From: an uncultured Aliarcobacter sp.
GTDB lineage: Bacteria; Campylobacterota; Campylobacteria; Campylobacterales; Arcobacteraceae
Length of the DNA stretch: 64,000 bases
Direction of reading: 5' to 3'
Assembly (NCBI GenBank): GCA_963664305.2
Contig: CAXXLV010000002.1
Span: 544,001 to 608,000 of the forward strand
Shown here: positions 1 to 9,773 of the stretch, in pieces
How positions within the stretch are numbered: position 1 is the stretch's first letter
How the letters are laid out: every line of letters starts with the position of its first letter
The notes under the pieces: generated by a model
Databases searched by the model: none
What the model was told of the DNA's origin: nothing
What the model saw: the letters and a program-made list of their open reading frames with translations, nothing else
Made by a program: the position numbers and the translations under genes

Positions 1-903
1 TTAGATAAATCTCCTTTTTTTAGGGATAAACTTGTAAAACAAATAGATATAAATCATAAAAATGAAATGATAAAAGAACTATTTCAAGCACTATTTTTAG
101 CAATTCCTATTTCAAAAGAGTTAAGAGAAATTTGTACAAATTATGGAATTTCTCATTTAATTGCGTTATCAGGTTTTCATCTTGCTGTTTTATCTTTTGT
201 AATTTATTGGATTTTATATTTTCCATATTCTTTTTTTCATCAAAAATTTTTTCCATACAGAAACAAAAAGTATGATTTATTGCTAATAACCATAGTATTT
301 CTTTTTTTGTATTTGTTATTAACTGGAATTATTCCTTCCCTGTTAAGAGCTTTTGTGATGTTTTGTTTAGGTATTTTTTTACTTCGCTCAAATATAAAGA
401 TTTTATCTTTTGAAACTCTATTTTTTACAGCTTTAATTGTAATTTCATTATTTCCTAAATATCTTTTTTCTTTAGGATTTTGGTTCTCAATAATTGCTGT
501 TTTTTATATCTTTTTATATATTCAATATTTTGATTTTAAAAACAAATTTTTTCATCTTTTTTTATTTAATATTTGGATGTTTTTAATTTTTAATCCAATA
601 GTACATTTTTATTTTCCTTCAACTTCCTATTTACAATTTTTATCACCCATAATTACAATCTTTTTTAGCTTTTTTTATCCTTTTGAGATTTTTGCACATA
701 TTTTTAATTTTGCAATCTATTTTGATGAGTATATTAAATATTTTTTAGATTTTAAGCTGTTTATTTATGAAGTTAAAACACCTTTTTATTTTTTTATTGT
801 TTATTTGATTTTCTCATTTTTTTCAATATTTAATAAAAAAGTGTTTTATATTTTAAATTTTTTAATGATTTTATTTAATTTATTTTTGTATTTAAGATTT
901 TAA
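1..903 (+). CDS. comEC: ComEC/Rec2 family competence membrane protein (5'-truncated by window edge)
   Basis: Frame is open from base 1; GISHLIALSGFH motif, PSLLRA and SLGFWFS motifs, many hydrophobic segments. Confidence 0.85.
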   Translation, partial: LDKSPFFRDKLVKQIDINHKNEMIKELFQALFLAIPISKELREICTNYGISHLIALSGFHLAVLSFVIYWILYFPYSFFHQKFFPYRNKKYDLLLITIVFLFLYLLLTGIIPSLLRAFVMFCLGIFLLRSNIKILSFETLFFTALIVISLFPKYLFSLGFWFSIIAVFYIFLYIQYFDFKNKFFHLFLFNIWMFLIFNPIVHFYFPSTSYLQFLSPIITIFFSFFYPFEIFAHIFNFAIYFDEYIKYFLDFKLFIYEVKTPFYFFIVYLIFSFFSIFNKKVFYILNFLMILFNLFLYLRF

Positions 904-1632
904 AACTTTGTCTAAAGTATATTTTAAATCTTCATCTAGTTCCATACTTGTTCTCATCCAATTTAGATAATTTGTATCGATTTTTGCAACTTCTTCAATA
1001 TCTTTACCTTTATATTTTCCAAATTTAAATGTTTTGATAAATACAGGCGTTTTTGTCAAATCAACAAGTTTTTCAATTGGATTATAATCAGGATAAATTT
1101 CTCTACATCTTCCTACAAGTTTTGTTAAAAATAGTTTCATAACTAAAACATCACCAATTGCATCATGAGCTTTTATAGTAATATTATGTTTTGAAGCCTC
1201 TTGTTCTTCAGTTTTATACAATTCAAGAGCATATCTTATATATTGAAGTCTATGATAAGGAAGTTCAGGAAATAGGTGCTTTGCACATCTTAATGTATCA
1301 ATGATTTGATATTGATTTACAAATCCCTCTTTTTTTATCATTTCCATATCAAAAGAGATATTGTGAGCTATCAAAAAGTTTTCATTTGAGTTTAATTCTT
1401 CTAGTCTTTTATAAAATGAAGTTTCAGGTGCTTTTGGTTTTCCAATTAATAAATCAGGAGTTATATTGTGAACTTCCATTGCTTCAAGCTTTATTTCAAC
1501 ATCACTTGAACAAAATTCATCATAAGCTTCAATTTTTCCTTTTTGATCAACAATCATTGCACCAAATTGAATAACTCTATCTTCTTCTTGGTTTCCTGTT
1601 GTTTCTGTATCAAATAGTATGTAATATGCCAT
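892..1632 (-). CDS. DEDDh 3'-5' exonuclease (DnaQ/ExoX-like) with C-terminal FGKYKG domain
   Basis: FDTETTG (ExoI), AHNISFD (ExoII), AHDAIGD (ExoIII); C-terminal FKFGKYKG...YLNWM. Confidence 0.85.
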   Translation of the reverse strand: MAYYILFDTETTGNQEEDRVIQFGAMIVDQKGKIEAYDEFCSSDVEIKLEAMEVHNITPDLLIGKPKAPETSFYKRLEELNSNENFLIAHNISFDMEMIKKEGFVNQYQIIDTLRCAKHLFPELPYHRLQYIRYALELYKTEEQEASKHNITIKAHDAIGDVLVMKLFLTKLVGRCREIYPDYNPIEKLVDLTKTPVFIKTFKFGKYKGKDIEEVAKIDTNYLNWMRTSMELDEDLKYTLDKVLKS

Positions 1633-1641
1633 TTTAGTCCT

Positions 1642-2664
1642 TTAAATTATTAACATACCATCGCCATATGAGTAAAATCTATATTTTTCTTTTATGGCTT
1701 CATGGTAAATTTCAAGTGTTTTTTCTAATCCTACAAAAGATGCAATAAGCATAATTAGTGTAGATTTTGGTAAGTGAAAATTTGTAAGTAAATAATCAAC
1801 TTTAATTGGTTGATTTGATGGATTTAAAAACAAATCACATTCACCTTGGATTTTATTTGTTCTTGCATAGTATTCAACTGTTCTAGTAACCGTTGTGCCA
1901 ACTGCTAAAACTTTTTTTGCATTATCTAAAGCTTTTTTTGCTTCTATTCCTATTTCAAAATATTCACTATGCATTGGATGATTTAAAATATCATCCACAT
2001 CAACAGGTTTGAAAGTTCCAGCTCCAACATGAAGTGTAAGATAATTTACATCATATTTATTATTGATTTTTTCTAATAATTCAGATGTAAAATGTAGTGA
2101 TGCCGTAGGAGCTGCAACTGCTCCATAATTTTTAGCAAACAAAGTTTGGTAATCTTTTTCATCCTCTTTTTCATCTTCTCTATTCATATAAGGAGGAAGT
2201 GGAAGATGTCCAATTTTATTTAAAATTTCAACAAGCTCTAAAAAATCTAAGTTTTTATCTTTTTTAAAAAATTTAACAACTCTTGTCCCATCTTCATTTA
2301 ATTCAATTACTTCTGCAATTAAATCTTCATCAAAAAATAGTTTTGTTCCAATTTTTACTTTACCTCGTATCATTACAAGATATCTATCCATAAAAAGAGG
2401 TTTATTTAAAAGAAGTTCAACTTTTCCACCTGATTCTTTTTCTCCAAAAATTCTAGCTTTTATAACTTTTGTGTCATTCAAAAAAATAGATAAATCAGAA
2501 GGTAAAACATCCATTAGATTTTTGAAAGTTGTGTGGGTAATTTTGTTTTCTTTTCTGTTATAAACCAAAAGTCTAGCACTATCTGCTGGACTTACAGGTT
2601 TTGTTGCGATTAACTCTTTTGGTAAATCATAATCGTAACTTGAAGTTTTAAGCGGGTCTAACAA
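1642..2664 (-). CDS. queA: S-adenosylmethionine:tRNA ribosyltransferase-isomerase
   Basis: YDLPKELIA, NDTKVIKAR, AAPTASLHF, LHVGAGTF, TNFHLPKST, YSYGDGMLI motifs. Confidence 0.97.
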   Translation of the reverse strand: MLDPLKTSSYDYDLPKELIATKPVSPADSARLLVYNRKENKITHTTFKNLMDVLPSDLSIFLNDTKVIKARIFGEKESGGKVELLLNKPLFMDRYLVMIRGKVKIGTKLFFDEDLIAEVIELNEDGTRVVKFFKKDKNLDFLELVEILNKIGHLPLPPYMNREDEKEDEKDYQTLFAKNYGAVAAPTASLHFTSELLEKINNKYDVNYLTLHVGAGTFKPVDVDDILNHPMHSEYFEIGIEAKKALDNAKKVLAVGTTVTRTVEYYARTNKIQGECDLFLNPSNQPIKVDYLLTNFHLPKSTLIMLIASFVGLEKTLEIYHEAIKEKYRFYSYGDGMLII

Positions 2665-2666
2665 TT

Positions 2667-3398
2667 CTATTCTTCCTCATCTTCTTCTTTTGCAGCTGGA
2701 TTAAATACTTTTGCTACATAAATAGAAATTCCATATAATAAAATAAGTGGACCAGCCATTAAAAATTGAGTTAAAACATCAGGAGGTGTTAAAAGAGCTG
2801 CAACTATAAATATAATAACAACCGCATATCTAAAGAAATCTTTTAACATTTTATCATCTACAAGTCCGATTTTTGCAAAAAAGAAAGTTATTACAGGTAA
2901 CTCAAATGCAATACCAAATCCAAATAGTAATTTTGTAAAGAAACTAACATATGCTCCAATACTTGGTAATACTGTTACAACAACTGAACCAAAGTTTACT
3001 AAGAACTCAAATCCAAATGGAACAACAACATAATAAGCAAAAGAAGCACCAATTACAAACATTAATGTTGCAAAAAATACAAAAGGAATTACAAGTTTTT
3101 TTTCATGGTCATAAAGTCCAGGAGCTAAAAATAACCACATTTGCCAGAATATTACAGGTAAAGAAAAAATAAACCCAGTAAAAAAAGCTACTTTTAAAGC
3201 TGTAAAGAATGTTTCTTGAAGTTCAACTGCAACCATATGAGAATTTTTAGGTAAAACAGCTTCAACAGGAATCATCATCCAAGTTAAAATAGGTTCATAA
3301 AAAGAAAAACAAACAAAAAACATTGCAACAACAGTTAAAGTAGAGACAATAAGTCTTTTTCTTAAGTCAGCAATATGGGGTTTTAAATCTTCAAACAT
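2667..3398 (-). CDS. tatC: Twin-arginine translocase subunit TatC
   Basis: HIADLRKRL, FLAPGLY..EK, FELP, LTPPD motifs; about six TM segments. Confidence 0.97.
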   Translation of the reverse strand: MFEDLKPHIADLRKRLIVSTLTVVAMFFVCFSFYEPILTWMMIPVEAVLPKNSHMVAVELQETFFTALKVAFFTGFIFSLPVIFWQMWLFLAPGLYDHEKKLVIPFVFFATLMFVIGASFAYYVVVPFGFEFLVNFGSVVVTVLPSIGAYVSFFTKLLFGFGIAFELPVITFFFAKIGLVDDKMLKDFFRYAVVIIFIVAALLTPPDVLTQFLMAGPLILLYGISIYVAKVFNPAAKEEDEEE

Positions 3399-3775
3399 TA
3401 AGCATTTTCCTCTTTTTTGTCTAATTTCTCTTTTTTAAATGAAACTTTTTCACTTTTTTCTTTAGTTTCATTTTTTGGTGTATCAGTATTTAAATCATCT
3501 TTTAAAATTTCATCTAAACCTAAATCAATTTTTGATTCTATTGATAAAGAAGCTTTAGTTTCTTCTATTTGTGATTTAAATTTATTTGCTTCAGTTTTCA
3601 TTTCAGAAATATTTAATTCACTATCTAAAGTTGATTTTGCATCTTCAAGTCCAGATTTGAATTTTCTGATAAATTTTGCAATTTGAACCATTGCATCAGG
3701 TAATTTGTCTGGTCCTAATGCGATAATTGCAATTATTGCAATTAACAAGATTTCCATAAAGCCCATTCCAAACAT
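3398..3775 (-). CDS. tatB: Twin-arginine translocase subunit TatB
   Basis: MFGMGFMEILLIAIIAIIALGPDKLP N-terminus; start moved to ATG at 3775 (GGAG upstream); stop overlaps the tatC start. Confidence 0.93.
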   Translation of the reverse strand: MFGMGFMEILLIAIIAIIALGPDKLPDAMVQIAKFIRKFKSGLEDAKSTLDSELNISEMKTEANKFKSQIEETKASLSIESKIDLGLDEILKDDLNTDTPKNETKEKSEKVSFKKEKLDKKEENA

Positions 3776-3865
3776 TTGTAACTCCATTGTCTATTTAAAG
3801 GGAGAGATTTTACCTAAAATTTGTTAAAATCAACCAAAAATTTAAACTGGAAGATAAGGGAAAAT

Positions 3866-4621
3866 ATGGAATTAATAGTTTTAGCAGTTGTAATTGTGAT
3901 TTTGTTTTTTATTGGAAAAAACTATAAAACAGAAGAGTTTAAAAATATAAATTTAAAAAGAAAAGAGATTTTTCAAGGAGATTTGTTACATCACGAAGCA
4001 GGACTTTTAGTAGCTTTAATGGCAAAAGTTGCAAAAGCTGATGGAAAGGTTAGTGAACTTGAAGCAGAACTTTTAAAACATACATTTAATGATATTTCAA
4101 GTCATTTTGAAAACTTTGAAGAAGTAAGAACTAAATTAAAAAATTTATATGAAACAGAAAAACAAAGTTTTGATAATCTTATTGTAATTAGTGAAAAACT
4201 ATATGGCTTAACAAGAAATGATTACAATAAACGTCTAAAAATTATGGAATATCTTATAAATTTAGCATTTATTGATAAAGAGTTTTCTAATACTGAAAAG
4301 ATGATAACAGAAGATATTTCAAATGCATTAAAAATCAAAAAAGAGGATTTTGATAGATTAGTTTCAACATTCGAAGCTTTTTATGCTCAACAAGCTTCAA
4401 ATAAAGCTACAAGTTTAGAAAAAGCTTATGAAATTTTGGAATCAACACCAAATGATGATGCAGCAACATTAAAGAAGAATTATAGAAATTTAGTGAAAAA
4501 ACACCATCCTGATATTATTGCAGGACAAGGTGCTAGTCAAAATATTATTGATGAAGCTACAAAAAAACTTCAAGAGATAAATGAAGCTTATGAAATTATC
4601 AAAAAAGATAAAGGTTTATAA
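3866..4621 (+). CDS. DjlA-like co-chaperone (N-terminal TM, TerB-like domain, C-terminal J domain)
   Basis: AKVAKADGKVSELE TerB-like motif; J domain with HPD (KKHHPD); likely ATG at 3866 after AAGGG. Confidence 0.85.
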   Translation: MELIVLAVVIVILFFIGKNYKTEEFKNINLKRKEIFQGDLLHHEAGLLVALMAKVAKADGKVSELEAELLKHTFNDISSHFENFEEVRTKLKNLYETEKQSFDNLIVISEKLYGLTRNDYNKRLKIMEYLINLAFIDKEFSNTEKMITEDISNALKIKKEDFDRLVSTFEAFYAQQASNKATSLEKAYEILESTPNDDAATLKKNYRNLVKKHHPDIIAGQGASQNIIDEATKKLQEINEAYEIIKKDKGL

Positions 4622-4624
4622 AAA

Positions 4625-4855
4625 TTGTTGAATTTTCCTAAAACTTATGAAGTATGTAACTGTAAAAAAGTTACAATTGCACAAATTGAAGATGCAATAA
4701 TCACTCAAAATGCAAAAACTCTTAGAGATATTCAAGATATTACAACTGCTGGAACTGATTGTAGATTTTGTATATTTGAAGAGGGTGATTTTGGAAAAAT
4801 TAAAAAAAAGATATATTGTAAAGATATCTTAAATAGTGTAAAAGAAGGATTTTAA
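4625..4855 (+). CDS. BFD-like [2Fe-2S]-binding protein
   Basis: VCNCKKV...AGTDCRFC (C-x-C ... C-x2-C). Confidence 0.8.
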   Translation: MLNFPKTYEVCNCKKVTIAQIEDAIITQNAKTLRDIQDITTAGTDCRFCIFEEGDFGKIKKKIYCKDILNSVKEGF

Positions 4856-5085
4856 TGGCTAGAAGTTTTCCACACTCTTTTGTGGTTTGTACTTGTAAAC
4901 ACGTAACTTTAGGTGAAATTATTTATTCAATTAAAGAAAAAGGTGCAAAAACTCTTGAAGATTTATCTGAATTAACAGATGCTGGAAGTTGTTGTAAATC
5001 TTGTCAAAATTCACAAAGCGATATTGGTGTTGAAAAAATGGAACTATATTTAGAAGAAATTTTAAATAAATTTAATAAAGAATAA
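4855..5085 (+). CDS. BFD-like [2Fe-2S]-binding protein (second copy)
   Basis: VCTCKHV...AGSCCKSC; TAATG stop/start overlap with the upstream paralogue. Confidence 0.82.
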   Translation: MARSFPHSFVVCTCKHVTLGEIIYSIKEKGAKTLEDLSELTDAGSCCKSCQNSQSDIGVEKMELYLEEILNKFNKE

Positions 5086-5087
5086 TT

Positions 5088-5300
5088 ATGAAAGAAATAT
5101 TAATAGAAAATATAAAAGAGTTAATCAAAATAAATCCAACTGATAGTATAGAAATAAATCCTAAATACCTTGAATACTTTGATGAAGAAGAGCTTTTGAA
5201 TATTCAAAAAGAGTTGGAATTAAGAAAAGAAAACATATCTAAAATAAGTAATAATTATTTAGATGAAATTTATGAAAAAACAAAAAAAGATGAGATATAA
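5088..5300 (+). CDS. Hypothetical protein
   Basis: 70-aa ORF filling the operon gap before nadE. Confidence 0.6.
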   Translation: MKEILIENIKELIKINPTDSIEINPKYLEYFDEEELLNIQKELELRKENISKISNNYLDEIYEKTKKDEI

Positions 5301-5321
5301 TTACTTAATAAAGGATTAAGA

Positions 5322-6083
5322 ATGATAAATTGGGAAAAAATTAAGCAAGATTTAATTTTATTTTTAAAAGATGAAGTTGCTAAAACTGGTCTAGAAAAGG
5401 TAACTGTAGGGCTTTCAGGAGGTTTAGACTCAGCTGTTGTTGCTATTTTATGTAAAGAAGCTTTTGGTGATAATTTAAACTGCGTATTAATGCCATCACA
5501 ATTTTCATCAAAAAGTTCAACAGAACATGCAATCGAAGTATGTGAGAAATTTGATATCAAATATGAAATTATCTCAATTGAACCAATGGTTAGTGCTTTT
5601 ATTAAAAATATGAATGAAGATAAACTAAGAATTGGAAATTTTTCTGCAAGAATGAGAATGTCTGTTTTATATGATGTATCATCAAGAGAAAAATCTTTAG
5701 TTGTTGGAACTTCAAATAGAAGTGAGATACTTTTAGGTTATGGAACAATTTTTGGAGATATTGCATGTGCAATTAATCCAATAGGGGAAATTTATAAAAG
5801 TGACGAGTTTGAATTTGCAAAATATTTAGGTGTTCCTGAATCTATTTTAGGAAAAGCACCAAGTGCAGATTTATGGGAAGGTCAAAGTGATGAAGATGAA
5901 CTTGGACATACATATAAAGAGATGGATGATTTATTAAAAGCAATGATTGATGAAGGAAAATCAAAATATGAGTTATTAAAACTTGGTTTTGATGAACCTT
6001 TTATTGATAAAATAAATTATAGAGTAAAAGCTAATTCTTTCAAAGGTAAATTACCAACAATAGCAAAAATAAGGTGGAATTGA
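5322..6083 (+). CDS. nadE: NH3-dependent NAD+ synthetase
   Basis: GLSGGLDS, GNFSARMRM, GTSNRSE, KAPSADLW motifs. Confidence 0.96.
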   Translation: MINWEKIKQDLILFLKDEVAKTGLEKVTVGLSGGLDSAVVAILCKEAFGDNLNCVLMPSQFSSKSSTEHAIEVCEKFDIKYEIISIEPMVSAFIKNMNEDKLRIGNFSARMRMSVLYDVSSREKSLVVGTSNRSEILLGYGTIFGDIACAINPIGEIYKSDEFEFAKYLGVPESILGKAPSADLWEGQSDEDELGHTYKEMDDLLKAMIDEGKSKYELLKLGFDEPFIDKINYRVKANSFKGKLPTIAKIRWN

Positions 6084-6086
6084 TAA

Positions 6087-7226
6087 ATGGCAAAAAATAT
6101 TGCAATATATAAAGCAACAATTGATAATGATGAATTTAATCAAATCAAATCAGTTTTAGATTCAAAAAATGACTTATCAAAAGTTTTAGAATTTGAAGAT
6201 GGAATAAAAAAATATATTGGTGCAAAATATGCTATTGCAACAGCTACATCAACTGCTGCAATTCATTTAGCTCTTAGTGCTATTAAACTTAAAAGAGGTG
6301 ACAAAATACTTATGTCAGTAAACTCTTTTATAAATCTTCCTGAAGTTGTAAGACATTTTGATGCTGAACCTATTTTTATTGATATTAATATGGAAGATAT
6401 GAATATTGATATTGATAAGTTTGAAGAAGCATTAGCAAATAATGATTCAAAAAAATTAAGAGGAGCAATAATTACATTTATTGGTGGTCAAGCTCCTGAT
6501 TTAGATAGAATTTATGATATCGCTCAAAAATATGGAATTATTTTAATAGAAGATTGTAGAGCCTCTTTAGGTGCAACTTACAAAGGTAAAAAAGTTGGAA
6601 ATTTAAGAGCTGATATGACAATTTTTTCAACTAATCCTTCTCCTTCTAAATATGCAATTAGTCGTTCAGGTGTAATCGTTACAAATAATGAAGAAATTGC
6701 AAATAGAGCAAAACTTTTAAGAACACATGCACTAACTACTGCGTATGATAGTTATGGAAACTTAGATTATGTTTATGATGTTGTTGATATTGGTCATAAA
6801 TATGATTTATCTGAATTAGATGCTGCTTATTCATTAGCTCAATTAAATAAAACAGAAAAATTTATTAAAAGAAGAAAAGAAATAGCAAAACTTTATGAAA
6901 AAAGATTAGCAAATGTAAAACATGTAACAATCTTACCTCATAAAGATGAACATATTTTTACACAATTTATCATCAAAATTTCTAGAAATAGAGATGCTTT
7001 TGCTAGAGCATTAAAAGAAAGAGGAGTTGCTACTGGACTTAATTATATTCCATTACATCTTTTATCTTATTACAAAACAAAATATTCAATAAAAATTACA
7101 GCATTCCCAAATGCTTTAAATAACTATCAACAGATTTTGTCACTTCCTATATATGCAGGACTTACTGATGAAGATGTAAACTATGTATGTGACCAAGTGA
7201 TTGAAGTTGCATCACAATGGGTTTAA
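6087..7226 (+). CDS. DegT/DnrJ/EryC1/StrS aminotransferase-family protein (divergent motifs)
   Basis: TAAIHLAL, GDKI, PIFIDI, IED, LSLPIY fold motifs. Confidence 0.85.
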   Translation: MAKNIAIYKATIDNDEFNQIKSVLDSKNDLSKVLEFEDGIKKYIGAKYAIATATSTAAIHLALSAIKLKRGDKILMSVNSFINLPEVVRHFDAEPIFIDINMEDMNIDIDKFEEALANNDSKKLRGAIITFIGGQAPDLDRIYDIAQKYGIILIEDCRASLGATYKGKKVGNLRADMTIFSTNPSPSKYAISRSGVIVTNNEEIANRAKLLRTHALTTAYDSYGNLDYVYDVVDIGHKYDLSELDAAYSLAQLNKTEKFIKRRKEIAKLYEKRLANVKHVTILPHKDEHIFTQFIIKISRNRDAFARALKERGVATGLNYIPLHLLSYYKTKYSIKITAFPNALNNYQQILSLPIYAGLTDEDVNYVCDQVIEVASQWV

Positions 7227-7232
7227 TTTAGT

Positions 7233-8186
7233 TTGAAACAAAAATTTTACTTATGGATTGAAGAGTATCTCTTCTTTCCAAATAACTTTCAAAAAATTAT
7301 CTCTTTTTTATTATTACCTTTAACTTTTATTTATATGCTAATTATTCTTACAAAAAGAGCAATGGCAAAACAAATTGAGTTTGGAATACCAATTATTTCT
7401 GTTGGAAATATTATTGTTGGTGGTAGTGGAAAAACTCCAGTTACTATAAATCTTGCTTCAAAGTATGAAGATGTTTGTATAATTTTAAGAGGTTATGGAA
7501 GAGCTTCAAAAGGTTTACAAATAGTAAGTTTAAGAGGAAAAATAGAAGTTGATGTAAAAACAAGTGGTGATGAAGCTATGCTTTTAGCAAACTCTTTACC
7601 AAAAGCAACTGTAATTGTAAGTGAAAATAGGGTAACTGCAATTTTAAAAGCAAAAGAATTAGGTTGTAAAATCTTATTTTTGGATGATGGATTTTCAAAA
7701 TATCATATTTCAAAATTTAATATTCTTTTAAGACCAAAAGATGAACCTACAAATATTTTTTGTTTACCAAGTGGTGGATATAGAGAACCAAAAGGTTTTT
7801 ATGCTCAAGCTGATATTGAACTACTTGAAGGGAAAGATTTTAAAAGAGTTATTACTATAAAGAAAGATGGAAATATTAAAGAACTTCCAAATAAAACTCT
7901 TTTAATAACAGCAATTTCAAAACCTAAAAGATTATTGGAATATCTACCAAAAGATATAAAAATGATAAGTTTTCCAGATCATCATACTTTTACAAAAGAG
8001 GAAATTTCACAAATTCAAAAAGAGTATAAAGATTATGCTATTCTAACAACTGGAAAAGATTTGGTAAAATTAAAAGAGTTTAATATAAAAAATCTTTATT
8101 TAATGGATTTAGAGATAAAAATTGATGAAAATGTTGATTTTTCTTTAATGAATGAATATATTGAAAGTTTTAAAAAAGGAGTTTAA
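7233..8186 (+). CDS. lpxK: Tetraacyldisaccharide 4'-kinase
   Basis: SVGNIIVGGSGKTP P-loop, RGYGR, GDEA, LDDGF. Confidence 0.93.
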   Translation: MKQKFYLWIEEYLFFPNNFQKIISFLLLPLTFIYMLIILTKRAMAKQIEFGIPIISVGNIIVGGSGKTPVTINLASKYEDVCIILRGYGRASKGLQIVSLRGKIEVDVKTSGDEAMLLANSLPKATVIVSENRVTAILKAKELGCKILFLDDGFSKYHISKFNILLRPKDEPTNIFCLPSGGYREPKGFYAQADIELLEGKDFKRVITIKKDGNIKELPNKTLLITAISKPKRLLEYLPKDIKMISFPDHHTFTKEEISQIQKEYKDYAILTTGKDLVKLKEFNIKNLYLMDLEIKIDENVDFSLMNEYIESFKKGV

Positions 8187-8188
8187 AA

Positions 8189-8389
8189 ATGATGGGTATT
8201 TTAATGTCTTCTTTTATGATGGTATTTGTAGTTTTTACTTTTGTTTTATATATTTATGTTTTAATAGATATTTTAAAACATGAATTTACAGGTTATAATA
8301 AAATTATTTGGATTTTAGTACTGATTTTTTTCCCCGTTATTGGAGCAATTTTATATCTAGTTTTTGGAAGAGGGCAACGAATAAAGTAG
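8189..8389 (+). CDS. Small PLDc_N-like membrane protein
   Basis: DIL...NKIIWILVLIFFPVIGAILYLVFGR pattern. Confidence 0.8.
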   Translation: MMGILMSSFMMVFVVFTFVLYIYVLIDILKHEFTGYNKIIWILVLIFFPVIGAILYLVFGRGQRIK

Positions 8390-8407
8390 CCAAAAAGCCA
8401 CTTTATT
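8380..8407. terminator. Probable bidirectional intrinsic terminator
   Basis: aataaagtagc-caaaaa-gccactttatt hairpin between convergent genes. Confidence 0.65.
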
Positions 8408-9773
8408 AGATAGTTTTAGAAAATCTTCTTTTTTCTTCAGGAATTTTATTTAAATATGCATCAAATGGCATACAGATATTTCTAATAAGCATAGTTCCTG
8501 TTTGTGAAACTTCAATTTTATCATCACTTATTTTTACAAGTTCTGCATCTTCAAACTCTTTTAAAGCTTCTAGTGCATCACTAAAATAATCTTTAAAGTC
8601 TATTTTAAATTGTTCTTCAACTCTTTTTATATTTAAAGAGAAGTTACTCATAAGTTCCATGATTACAAACTGTCTTAATTGGTCATCATCACTTAATCTA
8701 TAACCTTTAAATACTGGTAAATCTCCATTATCAATCGCATTTTCCCAAGGCTCTAAGTCTTTGAAATTTTGTGCATAATAATCAACACCATTTCCAATAG
8801 ATGTAAGACCAATTCCTATTAAATCAGCTCCACCTTTAGTTGTGTAACCTTGGAAATTTCTATGTAATTCACCTTTTTCAATTGCTTTAAATAACTCATC
8901 TTCTGGTTTAGCAAAGTGGTCCATTCCAACCATTTTATAACCATTTGATGTAAAGAAATCAATAGTGTCTTTTAACATCTCTAGTTTTTCTTGAGGTTTT
9001 GGAAAAGTTGTTTCATCAAATTTTCTCATAGTCTTCATAAGCCAAGGAACATGAGCATAATTAAATACTGCAAATCTATCAGTATTAAGTGTAATCATCT
9101 TTTCTAAAGTTTTTTTGAAACTCTCTCTTGTTTGAAAAGGTAATCCATAAATTAAGTCCGTATTTACAGAGTGAATTCCAGCTTCTCTAGCTATTCTAAT
9201 AACATTTTGAGTTAATTCAAAAGGTTGAATTCTATGAATAGTTTTTTGAACTTCTTCATCTAAATCTTGAACTCCAAAACTCAAACGATTACAACCACCA
9301 GCTTTTAAAACATTCATATGTTCAACAGTAAAATATCTTGGGTCTACTTCACAAGAGATTTCTGCATCAGCACTAAAGTTTGGGAAAATCTCTTTAATTG
9401 CAGTTATAACTTCTTCAAGTTGAGAAGGAGAGAAATAAGTAGGTGTTCCTCCCCCAAAATGCATTTGAGTTACAACTCTTTTTGTATTTAGATGATTTTT
9501 TAAGATATTTAATTCTTTTTTTAAATACTCAATATATCTAGTTTTTTTATCTTCTTTTGAAGTGAAAATTGTATTACAACCACAAAAATAACATGCACTT
9601 CTACAAAATGGCATATGAATATAAAGTGATAATGCTCTATCATCACTTTGATTTTTGTAATACTCTTTTAAATCTTCTTGTGTGAAAGTTTCACTAAACT
9701 CAGGGGCTGTTGGATATGAAGTATATCTAGGTCCTGGTTTTGAATATTTTACAAACTTAGCGAAGTCTATCAT
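8406..9773 (-). CDS. hemN: Oxygen-independent coproporphyrinogen III oxidase
   Basis: GPRYTSYPTA, CRSACYFCGC radical-SAM motif, HRNFQGY. Confidence 0.97.
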   Translation of the reverse strand: MIDFAKFVKYSKPGPRYTSYPTAPEFSETFTQEDLKEYYKNQSDDRALSLYIHMPFCRSACYFCGCNTIFTSKEDKKTRYIEYLKKELNILKNHLNTKRVVTQMHFGGGTPTYFSPSQLEEVITAIKEIFPNFSADAEISCEVDPRYFTVEHMNVLKAGGCNRLSFGVQDLDEEVQKTIHRIQPFELTQNVIRIAREAGIHSVNTDLIYGLPFQTRESFKKTLEKMITLNTDRFAVFNYAHVPWLMKTMRKFDETTFPKPQEKLEMLKDTIDFFTSNGYKMVGMDHFAKPEDELFKAIEKGELHRNFQGYTTKGGADLIGIGLTSIGNGVDYYAQNFKDLEPWENAIDNGDLPVFKGYRLSDDDQLRQFVIMELMSNFSLNIKRVEEQFKIDFKDYFSDALEALKEFEDAELVKISDDKIEVSQTGTMLIRNICMPFDAYLNKIPEEKRRFSKTI

